A stretch of 64,000 nt of DNA from Paraspadella gotoi (GCA_051294375.1 CM119269.1:7139066-7203065); one strand, 5' to 3'. Shown: positions 26,702 to 39,974, numbered from the stretch's first letter. Made by a program: numbers and translations. Notes: a model not told the origin generated them from the letters alone.

Positions 26702-27279
26702 ATACTTAAGGAGTGGTCTTTTCATACAATTGAAACATTTTTGAATATTATACCACTTCATTGATAGGAAGCCAGGTACTCTGGGAGTGAATAAAACGAG
26801 ACTGTGAGAGAGTCTTGATTGAAAGGCTTGCAGGGACCTGCTATATCATTATCTTGTAAGAGTGATGGAGCCTTAAACCACCAAAGCCTGTCCAAAGTCA
26901 GGGGCAAGATAGCGTATTATTAAATGAATGGATAATTTTATATTGGTTTGTACAATTCATAAAATTCAGCTCTTGTATTTTGATGCTAGTGCGGAGTACA
27001 ATAAGTTATTCCCGAATAATACTTAAGCGAGTGGTCTTTCATACAATTGAAACATTCTTTGAATATTATACCACTTCATTGATAGGGAAGCCAGGTACTC
27101 TGGGAGTGAATAAACGAGACTGTGAGAGAGTCTTGTTGAAAAGCTTGCAGGGACCTGCTATATCATTATCTTGTAAAGAGTGATGGAGGCCTAAACACCA
27201 AAGCCTGTCCAAAGTAGGGGCAAGATAACTTATTTATTAAATGAAATGGATAATTTTTATATTGTTGTACCAATTTCAT
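26702..27279 (+). mobile_element. Putative non-autonomous mini-PLE (mini-Naiad): partial tandem of a ~319 bp unit
   Basis: Truncated copy 26702-26960 followed by a full unit 26961-27279, ending CAATT(T)CAT. The leader 26961-27014 resembles the Naiad leader. It occupies the same site as the Naiad in the other copy of the locus. No credible ORF. Confidence 0.7.
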
Positions 27280-27863
27280 ATATATAATAAGTATAATATA
27301 GTATAAGTATAACTTGCTTCTAAACTGCAGGCGTTGTCATAACGTCTTGATGCCTTGACAATGATTATGCGAGCGAAAAAAGTCTTAAAAAAAAATTCAA
27401 TATCAGAATTTTAACACATGTATTTTTTCACGAATTCCGAACAGCAGACGATGTCAGGTTTTCTTTGTCAGCCTCGCTTCGGCCTCTTGATGAAAAAACG
27501 AAGAATTTCTCCGAAGAAAAAATCTTTCCATTTGTTTCGAAGGCGAAAATAGAGGCACGAAGCAAGAGCGGCCGGGGCGGCGGCGGCGGCGGCGGCGGCG
27601 GCGGGGGAAGCCGCGGGGCGGGGCGGCGGCGGGCAGAGGGGCGAAGGGGAAGAAGCGGCGGCGCGGTGGTAGCGTTGAGGCACAAAAATAGAAGGGAGAA
27701 AAGCTGGAATAGAGACAAAAAGAAGAAAAAAGTGAAGAGAAAAAGAAGAAAGGATTGTTTTTGTAATGTTACGTTGGCTAAGCTGGTGACGGTTTGGGTT
27801 AGGTTTAGGTTGATAGTTTCAGGCCTTGCAAGGGAGAAGGAGAGAGAGAGAGAGAGAAAGAGA

Positions 27864-27897
<34 letters not shown>

Positions 27898-28011
27898 GGA
27901 GAGAGAGAAGAGAGAGAAGAGAGAGAGAGACGTTTACGACGAGTACTCTGCCTAGGATTTTAGCCTCGTATTAGGCGGAATTAAGCAAATTGCCTGATCG
28001 GGAGAGAGAGA

Positions 28012-28071
<60 letters not shown>

Positions 28072-28942
28072 CTAGACAGCATCGGCCAACGTGACTCATC
28101 ACGGTGAAAGATAAGGAATGTGATGAATATTCTTCTACAATCTACATGCTGATTGCTGAATGGCAATGACGATATGTTACTCAGAGAGACTTGTCAGTGT
28201 CCATTTCAGTATTGTTCAAACCAATTCGCTTGTTTTGGTCCTTAATTAAGATCATCGAAAATTGTCTCATTCAAAAATACCCCCACGCAAGTTTTGCCGT
28301 TCAAGTCTACACTTTTACACTTTTTGTCGGCCGCCTCTAGTTACTTAAACGCCGTTTCTTTGGTCCTCAATCGACCGCGACGTCTCGAAGGCGACTCTCA
28401 ATTTTCGTTCGCCCTCCAAAGAAAAAAAAAATGCTGACGACGTCATCTCCTCGGAATTCTCAATCGAATTCCAAGTCACGTGACACGAGCGGCGCTTTTA
28501 GTGGCCCATTTTCGTCGCAGTCAGCGACGCCGTCGCGACGTCAACGTTGGTGACGTTTTGTGACGTCGACGACCTGGTGACGCCAAATGAAGGGTGACGG
28601 AGGTCACGTGGAATGGCGCAGTGTGGCGTAGAATTTACGCGTCGCGAAGTGGCTTGGCGCTGCTTGGCGTGGCTTAGCCTGGCTAGCACTGCTGCGTGGA
28701 AGGATCAATAAATTAATGATCTTAACCTAAACTAATTTTCGACTTCAGGACAGTTGCACGTAAGTAAGGTCTCGGGATCGAGTCGGGTCGGTGCTCTATT
28801 ATTTATATAAAGTTGGTTATTGATATTTGCTATGAATACTGAGTTCATCTTTAACTGATGACTATTCGTCTACTGGAATCGATACTGAGCTAACCTTTCT
28901 TGTCTTCCTCAATAGTGCTTTTTTTACTTTTTACGGCTCTCT

Positions 28943-29008
<66 letters not shown>

Positions 29009-29822
29009 CTCTCTCATCTCTCTCCCTCTCTCTCTTTCTCTCTCTCATGCTCAAATTGCCGTCTCCCTTTTCCCTTTTTTCTTTTTTTAATTACCATCAA
29101 CCGGTTTTCCTTTCCGGTTGCCATTTCCCTTCTTTAATCGCAATCGCCATCTCACTTGTTAAGCTAGCCATCTCACCTTAATTTTCTTCCCTCTATTCAC
29201 ACCTCCCCGGCCATTTCCGCCTAGCGATCCTTCCCTCCATCCCGACCTTACCTTTCCAAAGTACCACTCCCCCTCTTCTTCTCTATTGGCAACCTCCTCT
29301 CCACCGATTGCCTTCTCCCTTTATAGATTGCCATCTCCCTCTCCTTTTCTCCAATCGCCACCCTCTCTCCACGATTCCAACTCCCCCTTTTCAAGATTGC
29401 CATCTCCATATTTCTTATAGTCACCATCTCCCTTCTCACCGATTGCCTTCTCCCTTTTTAAGAATGCACTCCCTTCTCTATTCTCAATCGCCACCCTCTC
29501 TCCATCCGATTGCCATCTCCCCCTTCAAGATTGCCATTTCCCCCTCCTTTTCTCCAATCTGCAGCTGCGAAACTCGAGAGTCGATGTCCGACGAGAATAT
29601 CCGTGAAAACGAGGCCTTCATCTCGACGACCGGGGGGGGGCGTGGAAGGGGGAGGAAGTGAGTGGTTGGAGGGTGGGGTGGATGGGGGTTAAGGGAAGGT
29701 GGATGGGTGGGTGATTGGTTCTGGTGGAGGATGCGAATGTTTTAGAAAATAAAATTTGAAAAAATTAGTAAAGGAAAAACAATATTGCGAGAAGAGAAGA
29801 GAGAGAGAAGAGAGAGAGAGAG

Positions 29823-29857
<35 letters not shown>

Positions 29858-30662
29858 AAAGAAAGAAAGAAAGAAAGGAAAGAAAGAAAGAAGAAAGAAA
29901 GACAGACAGACAGACGATCCTAACGCGGAGCATCGACGACCAAGGGACGGTACTGAGAGGAAAGAGGGAATCGCTCATCGCTCATCGCGATGGTGGCTGA
30001 TGTCGATGATTATGGATTCCTGATGGTAGAGTTTAGATCCGAGATTGCTCATTGCGTATTGTAGATTGTAACGCAGCGATGGCATTTCGTGATTTGTTAG
30101 AGCATTGATCGAATGTAGTTGATGACTCATTCCTGATAGTTGAGCCGTGAGTCTGAGGAGTCTGCGGCGAATCTACTGACGGATCTTCTCAAGGCCCGGT
30201 GCCGCCAAGGGGATGAAAGAGAAGGGGACGACGAGGGGAGGAGGAGGAGATGTTGAGAGGGGAAGAGAAGACCCGGGAAAGAGGAGAAGGCCCTGACGTT
30301 GAGGGTGGAGTCTATCTTGAAATATCACCATCGTCGTCGTCTCAAAAAAAAAAAAGACTTTAAATTTTTAAGTTATCACAGTGGATTTAAAAGACTTTCC
30401 TTGATCTCGTCCCGTCGTCGCCACAGTGGATTTGGAAGTCGTCCCGGGTTAAGGCTTGATTAATCGAATTCGGGTGAAGAAAAAAAAGAAGTAAAAAAAA
30501 AAAAGATTTACGGGATTTCGATGTGAACCGGTGAGACTATTTCACAAAATTAAAGCCTCACAAACGCTGAGGTGGAGGCGACGTCGTCGTTGTTGTTCGT
30601 CGTTGTTGTCGTCGGGGTTCTGTTCTTATTGAAAGAAGAGCGAGACAGAGAGACAGAAGAGA

Positions 30663-30695
<33 letters not shown>

Positions 30696-30697
30696 GA

Positions 30698-30746
<49 letters not shown>

Positions 30747-31261
30747 AATTCTCGAAAATTTATTTATATATTTATTATTTTGTTTATACTTTTTTTATTT
30801 TATATTTACTTTATTCTCTATTTTCGAACAAAGAGAAAAAAATCTATTTGATTGAAATCTGATTGAAATTTGATTGAAATTTGATTGGATCCGAATATCG
30901 GATCGATTTCGTCATTTGTTTTTCGATTATTTTTTCTTTCTTGAGATAATAACAATCAGTTAATGATTTCTCTAATCAAGCAAAACTTTAAATCCGAAAG
31001 TGATTTACTTTTTTTTGTCTCGATTGTATCGAAAATTATTCCGTCTCTTGACGTCGGAGGCCACATGCGCACCTCGCGGACGTGAGGGGGCGCTTCGTCG
31101 TTTTCGTCGTCATCGTAATCGTTCTCATCATCGCCTTCATAATTGTCGTTGACTTAATCGTCTTCTTTCTCGTCGAGACAAAACGACAATTAAGATTACA
31201 ACTCGGGCCGGGTCTTAGAGAGAGAAGAGAGAGAGGAGACGAACGAGAGAGAGAGAGAGAT

Positions 31262-31313
<52 letters not shown>

Positions 31314-32295
31314 GAAGAGAGAGAGATGAGAGAAAGAAATAAAAAGCAAACGATAATGGGGAGAGAAAAAGGAACGAGCAAAATGGCGAATGTCAAACCG
31401 CGCATGGCGAACTGCGAATTCGCTTACGTCGATTAGCAAGACGCCTTTTTGTCGAGATCATAATAAAATTTGCATTGATAAACAAGAAGAAAAAAAGCGG
31501 CTTAACTTAATTACTTTCCTCATTAACTTTTGTAGTAATTTTTCGGTTCGAAAAAAAGAAAGAAAAGGATCCGTGATATCGATTCTTTTAATTATTTTCT
31601 CCTCTTTCACAGTGGATTTTTACGTGGGCAAATTACTCACACCGAATGTTCTCATTAATTCACTGTGGCATAATAGTTTAGTTCATTGCGCGAAGAATCT
31701 TAAAACAAAACAAAAATTCATTCAACGTGATGAGGAGCAGAAGATTTTAATCGTCAAACGAAATTAGCAAATTCTATCCGTTATCTATCATTATCTCCAT
31801 TTATTATTTCTAATTAAAACGTGAGACAAAAGGCGATACGAGCAAAGAGAAGGAGACGAGAAGACGGAGACGAGTTCAACAAGCATTGTGAGCAAGCAGA
31901 CAAGCATAACTACTAGGATGACGATGATGACGACGACGGTGATGACGACGACGATGATGACGACCACGGTAAAGCCGACCACTCGACCTTGAGGAATTCA
32001 GTGAACTGATTCGAACTCTGACACCAATGGACAACGACGACGANNNNNNNNNNNNNNNNNNNNNNNNNNNNNNNNNNNNNNNNNNNNNNNNNNNNNNNNN
32101 NNNNNNNNNNNNNNNNNNNNNNNNNNNNNNNNNNNNNNNNNNNNNNNNNNNNNNNNNNNNNNNNNNNNNNNNNNNNNNNNNNNNNNNNNNNNNNNNNNNN
32201 NNNNNNNNNNNNNNNNNNNNNNNNNNNNNNNNNNNNNNNNNNNNNNNNNNNNNNNNNNNNNNNNNNNNNNNNNNNNNNNNNNNNNNNNNNNNNNN

Positions 32296-32328
<33 letters not shown>

Positions 32329-32849
32329 AAAAGAAGATGAATCCATCAAAATTGAATTATCGAAATGAACTTAGTAAAATGAATCTATCAAGATGAATCT
32401 ATCAAAAATGTCTTCGTCTGTCTAAATGGATTCTAAATTCAATTCGATTTTTGATTTAATTCGTTGATGTGAACATAAAACTTGTCATATGTTCGTTATT
32501 TATTTTTAAACAAAACAACTAAAAACGTCATTGCAAGCACATGAAATCTATTTATGACACAATGAAAAATGGCGTAACGTTACTGTTCCGTGCATAAAAA
32601 TAATTCACTGTTCAATATTATTATATTTCTTTTTATTTTTTGAAACGTTATAGTTTCATATGTCGATATCCAAAATATCAATGCAAAATCTTTTTTGTTT
32701 TTTAGATATGACCGAATATAGGGTGAAAGATAATAATTTTTTTAAAAGTTACTTATTCATATTTATTCCTAGAATTGTAATAGAAAAAAAATTAAAAAAA
32801 TAATAGTACCAATAGTTAGTGTTATATCTTCAAATAGATGGAAAACCTT

Positions 32850-33275
32850 GAGAAAAGGCGCCCTAGAGAAGATCCTTGAGTAATGGTATACAAAAAAGGG
32901 CGCCCTAGAAAAGGCGCACGAGAAATTGCGCTTGAAAAAATGGTGCCCGAGAAAAAGCGCACAAGAAATGGCGCTTGAGAAAAGGCTCACTAAAAAAACG
33001 CTCGAGAAATGGCAATTTAGAAAAGACACCCTAAAAAAAGGTTGAGAAATGGCAATTGAGAAAAGGAAGTTGAGACGGATCGGCCTTGACTTGCCTAAGA
33101 AAATGGACTAAGGAAAAGGCGGCTTCAAAGCGGCGCTCAAGAAAAAGCAACCTTGAAAAGGCGCTCGTGAAAAGGGGCCAAGAAAATAGCTGCCAGCGAA
33201 AACAAGAACTATAGAAAGGGTGGGTAGGAAATGGCGAACGAAAAAGGCGCGTATGATAAGGCTCAGAAATGGTAT
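32850..33275 (+). repeat. Degenerate GGCGC-rich short tandem repeat
   Basis: Many units like AAAAGGCGCnCGAG and AAATGGCGCTTGAG. Confidence 0.7.
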
Positions 33276-34080
33276 ATTTATGACTATGTAGATGAATAAC
33301 AATATAGGGGCCAAGAAATGCATAATGTAACCTGTAAAGAGATACCTTAGAAATGGTGCATCAAAAAATCTCCATAATAAGTATGTAAAAGATCCTTTTT
33401 TAGAAAGGAAGGTATATTGCCTGAGATAAGAAAAGTATATTCTTAAGTACTACGAGGTTCAGTAGAAACGGCTGTAGGGCCAACATCAAAGGCGCGCACT
33501 CTAATCGAAATCAAAACGCACTCAAGATCAGGAGCAGCGCACCAAAGCATCACCACAGAAAGTCAGAACGGAATTACTCGGCAGACTAAAAGCGTTGGCG
33601 CAAAAAGCCGCAAATTGTCGCGACGCAATGATTCGTGTTCGAAGCGACGCAGCGACATCTAATGGCGAAGCAAAAACAGTAGCGCCACCGTCGTTGGCGG
33701 GATGTCTGGCCGAATTCCCGGACAAAAGGCTAATAATCCTTTGGGAGAAGAGAGAACTCTCTCTACTCTCTCGTGCATCTCTCTCTTTCTGCTNNNNNNN
33801 NNNNNNNNNNNNNNNNNNNNNNNNNNNNNNNNNNNNNNNNNNNNNNNNNNNNNNNNNNNNNNNNNNNNNNNNNNNNNNNNNNNNNNNNNNNNNNNNNNNN
33901 NNNNNNNNNNNNNNNNNNNNNNNNNNNNNNNNNNNNNNNNNNNNNNNNNNNNNNNNNNNNNNNNNNNNNNNNNNNNNNNNNNNNNNNNNNNNNNNNNNNN
34001 NNNNGAGAGAGAGAGAGAGAGAGAGAGAGAGCGCTATGTATAAAAGTCATTGGCCAATTTCGATATCCGGTTTTTGCCCT

Positions 34081-34131
34081 TATTTAATAAAGTGAATGGA
34101 TAATATTTTTATTGGTTGCACTAATTTGCAT
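34081..34131 (+). mobile_element. Diverged 3' terminus related to the mini-PLE module
   Basis: TGAATGGATAATATTTTTATTGGTTGCACTAATTTGCAT versus TGAATGGATAATTTTTATATTGGTTGTACCAATTTCAT, just downstream of a (GA)n tract. Confidence 0.5.
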
Positions 34132-35662
34132 GAGACGAAGAAAAGAGTATTTAAGTTTTAAAAAAATGTAATTTGCATTTTGAATATCAGTAGTAGTGTT
34201 TGTGCCACGAATGTTTGTTTTCTTTTCGAAAGGCAAACAAAAACTTTCATGGAAAAAAACCGGTTTTATTCAGAACCAATTAGTTCAGTGGAATAATCCA
34301 AGGAGTCGCTGGACCGGATGAGGAGAGAGAGAGAGGGGGGGGAAAGAGAGAAGAGAGTAGAGACAGATAGAGAGAAGGAGAGAGAAGGAGAGAGGGAGAC
34401 AGAGAAAAAAGGAGAACGTGAGATAAATTTTTTTAAATATTTTTTTTTGATCGTGATTTATATTTACAATAAATGATGACTTAACATCCGTTTTCTTACA
34501 TTTAATCTGACCATCTCAATACATATAACAAAGTATAAATCAAAAATAAACTGAAACCCATCATAAAGTTCCTTCAGACATTAAATAAAATGTACACAGA
34601 AAATCATTTCTCAAAGTTGAATCGTTGGAATTCTCTGTTTTCTCTCTTCGCAATCACGCGAGTCAAGGCCGCGTCATTTTCAACAAACATCGGTTTTAGA
34701 TTAAAAAAAAATGTCAATTGAAATTTGCAAACAAACGAGAAAAGAGAAAACAAAGAAAACAATGAAAAACAAACGCGAAAGAAACAAAGAAAACAAGAAA
34801 TGAAACGAGGAATGAGATAAAACGGAGATGGAGAGAAAGAAGGAGGGCGGAGAGAATAAAATGAGGCGTGAGGGTTCTTAGTTTTTAAACGAGATGAGAA
34901 AATAAGAATATTAGGAAAAAAAAATATGAATTAGAAAGAAATTATAAAAAAAAAAGAAAATAATCGATAAAAGGTCAAACTCATATTCCAAATTTGGTCG
35001 TCTCACGCCCCCCTTGCCATTCGCTTCTCCGCTGTCAGAAAAGTCACCATAATCTGTCGTAAAAACGCAGCAGAAAGCTGCAGTTGAATCGAAAGGAGAG
35101 CAGCTGCAGCACAGCCTGCTGTAGCAAATTCTCTTGCATCAACAACGTTTATGTGACTCAGCATTTTTTTTTTTATTTGTAGTCATATATGAGGAGGAAT
35201 AATACAGAAGACTGTCTTGTCTTCGTGGTTTTCATTGTCGTTATCGTCGTCGTCAACGTCGTTATCTTCGTGGTCATCGTCGTAATCGTCGTCATCGTCT
35301 TTGTCTTTAAAGCTTAGGTTTGGTTCCATCCGTCGTACTCTTCTTTTTATTTGTTTGAAATGGTGAAAGAGNNNNNNNNNNNNNNNNNNNNNNNNNNNNN
35401 NNNNNNNNNNNNNNNNNNNNNNNNNNNNNNNNNNNNNNNNNNNNNNNNNNNNNNNNNNNNNNNNNNNNNNNNNNNNNNNNNNNNNNNNNNNNNNNNNNNN
35501 NNNNNNNNNNNNNNNNNNNNNNNNNNNNNNNNNNNNNNNNNNNNNNNNNNNNNNNNNNNNNNNNNNNNNNNNNNNNNNNNNNNAAAAAAGAAAAAAGAAA
35601 AAAAGAAAAAAAGGTCGAAAAGACTCGAAACATTCGATTCGGGTTATATAATTCGTCTCGAT

Positions 35663-35942
35663 TCCATGCCAAGACAGATGGCGCCATGCAGAGTTTCCAT
35701 GCCATGCCGACTCAATCTAGAGGCTCCATGTCAGGACAGATGGCGCNNNNNNNNNNNNNNNNNNNNNNNNNNNNNNNNNNNNNNNNNNNNNNNNNNNNNN
35801 NNNNNNNNNNNNNNNNNNNNNNNNNNNNNNNNNNNNNNNNNNNNNNNNNNNNNNNGATGGCGCCATGCAGAGTTTCCCTGCCATGCCGACTCAATATAGA
35901 GGTTCCACGTCAGGACAGATAGCGCCATGCAGAGTTTCCATG
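35663..35942 (+). repeat. 62 bp minisatellite, partly gapped
   Basis: GACAGATGGCGCCATGCAGAGTTTCC units start at 35673, 35735, ~35852 and 35914. Confidence 0.85.
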
Positions 35943-36216
35943 AAAATTAAGGAGCAAAAAAGCAATAAACAACAGTAAAAAAACTTGAAATAAAGTTTTA
36001 AGAAAAAAAATGAATACCAAATGAAAGAAGGAAAAGCGTTGTTCTCTTGTTTCGCTTCGTTTGGTCTCACATTGCGTCACCGTCCGACTCGTCATTAACC
36101 GAAGCCAAACAACTCGTCAAACATTTACGTCGTCGACATAAAAGAATAACGAGTTTCTATGGCAACGAAGCATCAAAAAAGACGTTATTTAAAGAGAAAG
36201 AGAGAGACGAAAAAGA

Positions 36217-36251
<35 letters not shown>

Positions 36252-36302
36252 TAGGTTCCGTCACCGAAATGATGATAATGTCTTAGATGGAAAAAGCGAC
36301 AC

Positions 36303-36319
36303 TCGCCCCTCTGGTGGCG
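36303..36319 (-). promoter_or_regulatory. CTCF-like motif
   Basis: The minus strand reads GCCACCAGAGGGGCGAG, close to the CCASYAGRKGGCRS consensus. Motif match only. Confidence 0.3.
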
Positions 36320-36394
36320 GCCATGGAACGTGATAAGCGATGCCTCGGAGAGCGACAAAAAGTTCATTCGCTCGGGGCAACCAGGCAACCTCGT

Positions 36395-36439
<45 letters not shown>

Positions 36440-38610
36440 GTCTCCCTTTCTATCTCTCTTTTTTCTTTTCATAACGCGTTTGTGTGAGATAAAAGACAAA
36501 GAAAAAACGTGAGTTTTGCTGCGGAGGCGTTTAAAACTTTTTTTCCCACGTCCAGTTTTTTTAAATTTGTGGAAAATTCTTCGTTGTTAATAAACTAACT
36601 TAGTATATAAGTTACTAACTTAGTATATATGATACTTTTTTGTGTCAGTTTTACTTCTTATCTTTCTTATTTAACTTTTGTTACCTTCTGAGCGAAAAAC
36701 CATTAATCATTCTTTCTCGTTCTCTCTTTCTTTGTCTCTCTCCCTCTCACTCTCCGTCTCTTTCTCTCTTTCTCTCTTTCTTNNNNNNNNNNNNNNNNNN
36801 NNNNNNNNNNNNNNNNNNNNNNNNNNNNNNNNNNNNNNNNNNNNNNNNNNNNNNNNNNNNNNNNNNNNNNNNNNNNNNNNNNNNNNNNNNNNNNNNNNNN
36901 NNNNNNNNNNNNNNNNNNNNNNNNNNNNNNNNNNNNNNNNNNNNNNNNNNNNNNNNNNNNNNNNNNNNNNNNNNNNNNNNNNNNNNNNNNNNNNNNNNNN
37001 NNNNNNNNNNNNNNNNNNNNNNNNNNNNNNNNNNNNNNNNNNNNNNNNNNNNNNNNNNNNNNNNNNNNNNNNNNNNNNNNNNNNNNNNNNNNNNNNNNNN
37101 NNNNNNNNNNNNNNNNNNNNNNNNNNNNNNNNNNNNNNNNNNNNNNNNNNNNNNNNNNNNNNNNNNNNNNNNNNNNNNNNNNNNNNNNNNNNNNNNNNNN
37201 NNNNNNNNNNNNNNNNNNNNNNNNNNNNNNNNNNNNNNNNNNNNNNNNNNNNNNNNNNNNNNNNNNNNNNNNNNNNNNNNNNNNNNNNNNNNNNNNNNNN
37301 NNNNNNNNNNNNNNNNNNNNNNNNNNNNNNNNNNNNNNNNNNNNNNNNNNNNNNNNNNNNNNNNNNNNNNNNNNNNAAGAAAAAAAAATAAGAAGAAGAA
37401 CAATTTTTTTGGGAAGATGAAGAGTGGAAGGAGAAACACGGAGGAAGAGGGCGAGGAGAAGAAGAAGAAGGAAACCTAGATGGAAGAAGAAAAGAAAAAG
37501 AAAGGAGGAGGCGTAGAGGAAGAAGGAAGAGGAGAAGAAGAAAGAAAATGAGGAGGAAGCGAGAGGAGAAGAAAAAGAAGAAGGGAAAAAAAGGTAGGAT
37601 GCGAGCAAGGGTATGGAGAGAAGGAAGAAGTTGAAAGGCCTTGGGAAGGGAGAAAAGAAGACGAGTAAAGGATGCGACGAAATGAAAGAGGAAAGAAAAA
37701 GGAGTGAAAGAGTGAATAAGTAAAAAGGAGATGGGGTAGAGGAATATGAAATTAGAGCGAAAAGCTGAGGGGGGGGGTAGAAAATGAAGCAATGAATATA
37801 TGGGGCAGAGGACATCTCTGGAAGAAATGGAGGTCGAAAGTGGAATGGAAAAAAAAGGCGAGGATCGGAGACAACGCCTCCTTCGGGGAGGAGGAAGGGC
37901 GTGGCCCTGCGGCGGGCGGGAACGGTCGCGCCTACGACGCCCGAAACCATAAATGGGAACAGAGAGAGTGGGAGGACTTTTTTTCTTTCGTCGAATGCGG
38001 GTGGAAATGCAAAGAGAAAAGTTTGTCGCTGTTGAATTGAATTTTGGGACAGATGGAAGTCGGGATGCGTTTGATGGCAGATTTGGTCTTTTTGTGACCA
38101 AAAGTGATTAACGGGACGAGAAAGTCTTTTTCGTTTTTTTGGGTCTTTATCTAGTTTCTTTTTCTTTAACTCTTTTTCTCTCTGTCTCTCTCTCTGTCTG
38201 TCAGTATGTCTTTCTATCTTTCTCGCTCTCTCTCTCTCTCTCTCTCNNNNNNNNNNNNNNNNNNNNNNNNNNNCTCTCTCTCTCTCTCTCTCTCTCTCAC
38301 TCTTTCTCTCTTTTTCTGACTTTCTGTCTGTCAGTCTCTTTCTCTATCTCTCTCTCGTCTATTTTCTTTAAAGGAATCTTTTTTCTCAAAATCAACGACA
38401 ACAACAACAACAACAACGACGATTAAAATAAACAAACAACTCAATTTTTCAACTCATTTAATCGCTGAGTGAATTCGTCTCGGACGTCGACGCGTCTCCC
38501 TTTTAGCGGCGAACGAGAAAAAAAAACTTAATCTACTTTGTAGTAAATTTGATAAATTAATTTCGATTGCCCGCCCGTTTCCATCAAAACTAATTGCCTT
38601 TGTCGTCGTT

Positions 38611-38642
<32 letters not shown>

Positions 38643-39459
38643 GATTATGACTAACGACCCGCGGGAATAGACGACCGTTTTTATGAATTTTATATATATA
38701 TTTTTCTTTCTTTTTAATTACTTTCCCTTTTTTTTAAATTTTACCTAAAGTTTTTTTTTGGGGGGGTTTTATATATAATTTTATTTATTTTATTATTTCT
38801 ACTTTCCTTTAAACTTTTAAGTCACGGGTCAACCGGTTGTCTCATCCATAGATGTAGTCGGGCATTGCCTAGGTTCACCCCGCCTACAAGCATGACACCT
38901 TCAGTCGTGACCCGGTGACTCATTGAGTAAAGCCATCAGTTCATGACCACAAGGTACTGGGAAGCGTGAGGACGGCCGTAAGACGCCTTGGGGGCGTGGC
39001 AAACCCTCAAGCCTGGTTCCAAGCCCAGGGACCCGTTCCATGGCTGCTAGAGGGGGTTATAGAAGTCACCGACATTCATCTTCAGCCCACGAAGCGCCTT
39101 ATCCACATACATTTCGCTTATCGCAATGATCTTTATGATATAGCATAAAAATAAAGAAACAAGTAAGGAATGATTTATTCATAAAAATCAGCAATCATCA
39201 ACACAGTGACGTTTTTAAAAAATGTATAATTATATTCGATTTAATAATCGAATATAATTATACATTTTTTACTAAAAATCATAACTTGTAGAAAGTCAAG
39301 GTGCGATTATTTTTTTTTTTTAAAGAGGGAAGGAGTATTAGTTCTAAAGCAGTTTTTTTTTGTGATAGCGACTAGCGAGTGATCAACGCTGCGAAAAATA
39401 ATTAATATAAATATTTGTCGCTTTGTTCCATTGAATTTCACTTTTCACGTCTTATTTGA

Positions 39460-39650
39460 ATAATTGAATGAATGAATGAATGAATGAATGAATGAATGAA
39501 TGAATGAATGAATGGATGGATGGATGAATGAATGAATGAATGAATGAATGAATGAATGAATGAATGAATGAATGAATGAATGAATGAAGAATGAATGAAT
39601 GAATGAATGAATAAAGAAATAAATAAAGAAATTTTTAAATAAATAATTTT

Positions 39651-39742
<92 letters not shown>

Positions 39743-39772
39743 ATATATATATAAATAAATAAATAAATAAAT
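39460..39772 (+). repeat. Compound (GAAT)n and (AAAT)n microsatellite
   Basis: Seen directly. Confidence 0.95.
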
Positions 39773-39974
39773 TATCAAATTAATGAATGAAAGAATTTTT
39801 TTCTCAAATCTATTTCTTCCTAAAAAAAAATCGTGAAAAAAAGGGAAAAAAATCGTGAAAAAAAAAGGAAAAAAATTCGTGAAAAAAAATAAAAAAAAAT
39901 AATTAAAAAGTCGAAGGAAAAGCAAATTTCGATGATGACGAAAGATCACTTCCGGTCGCGATGGTAAAGGAGGA

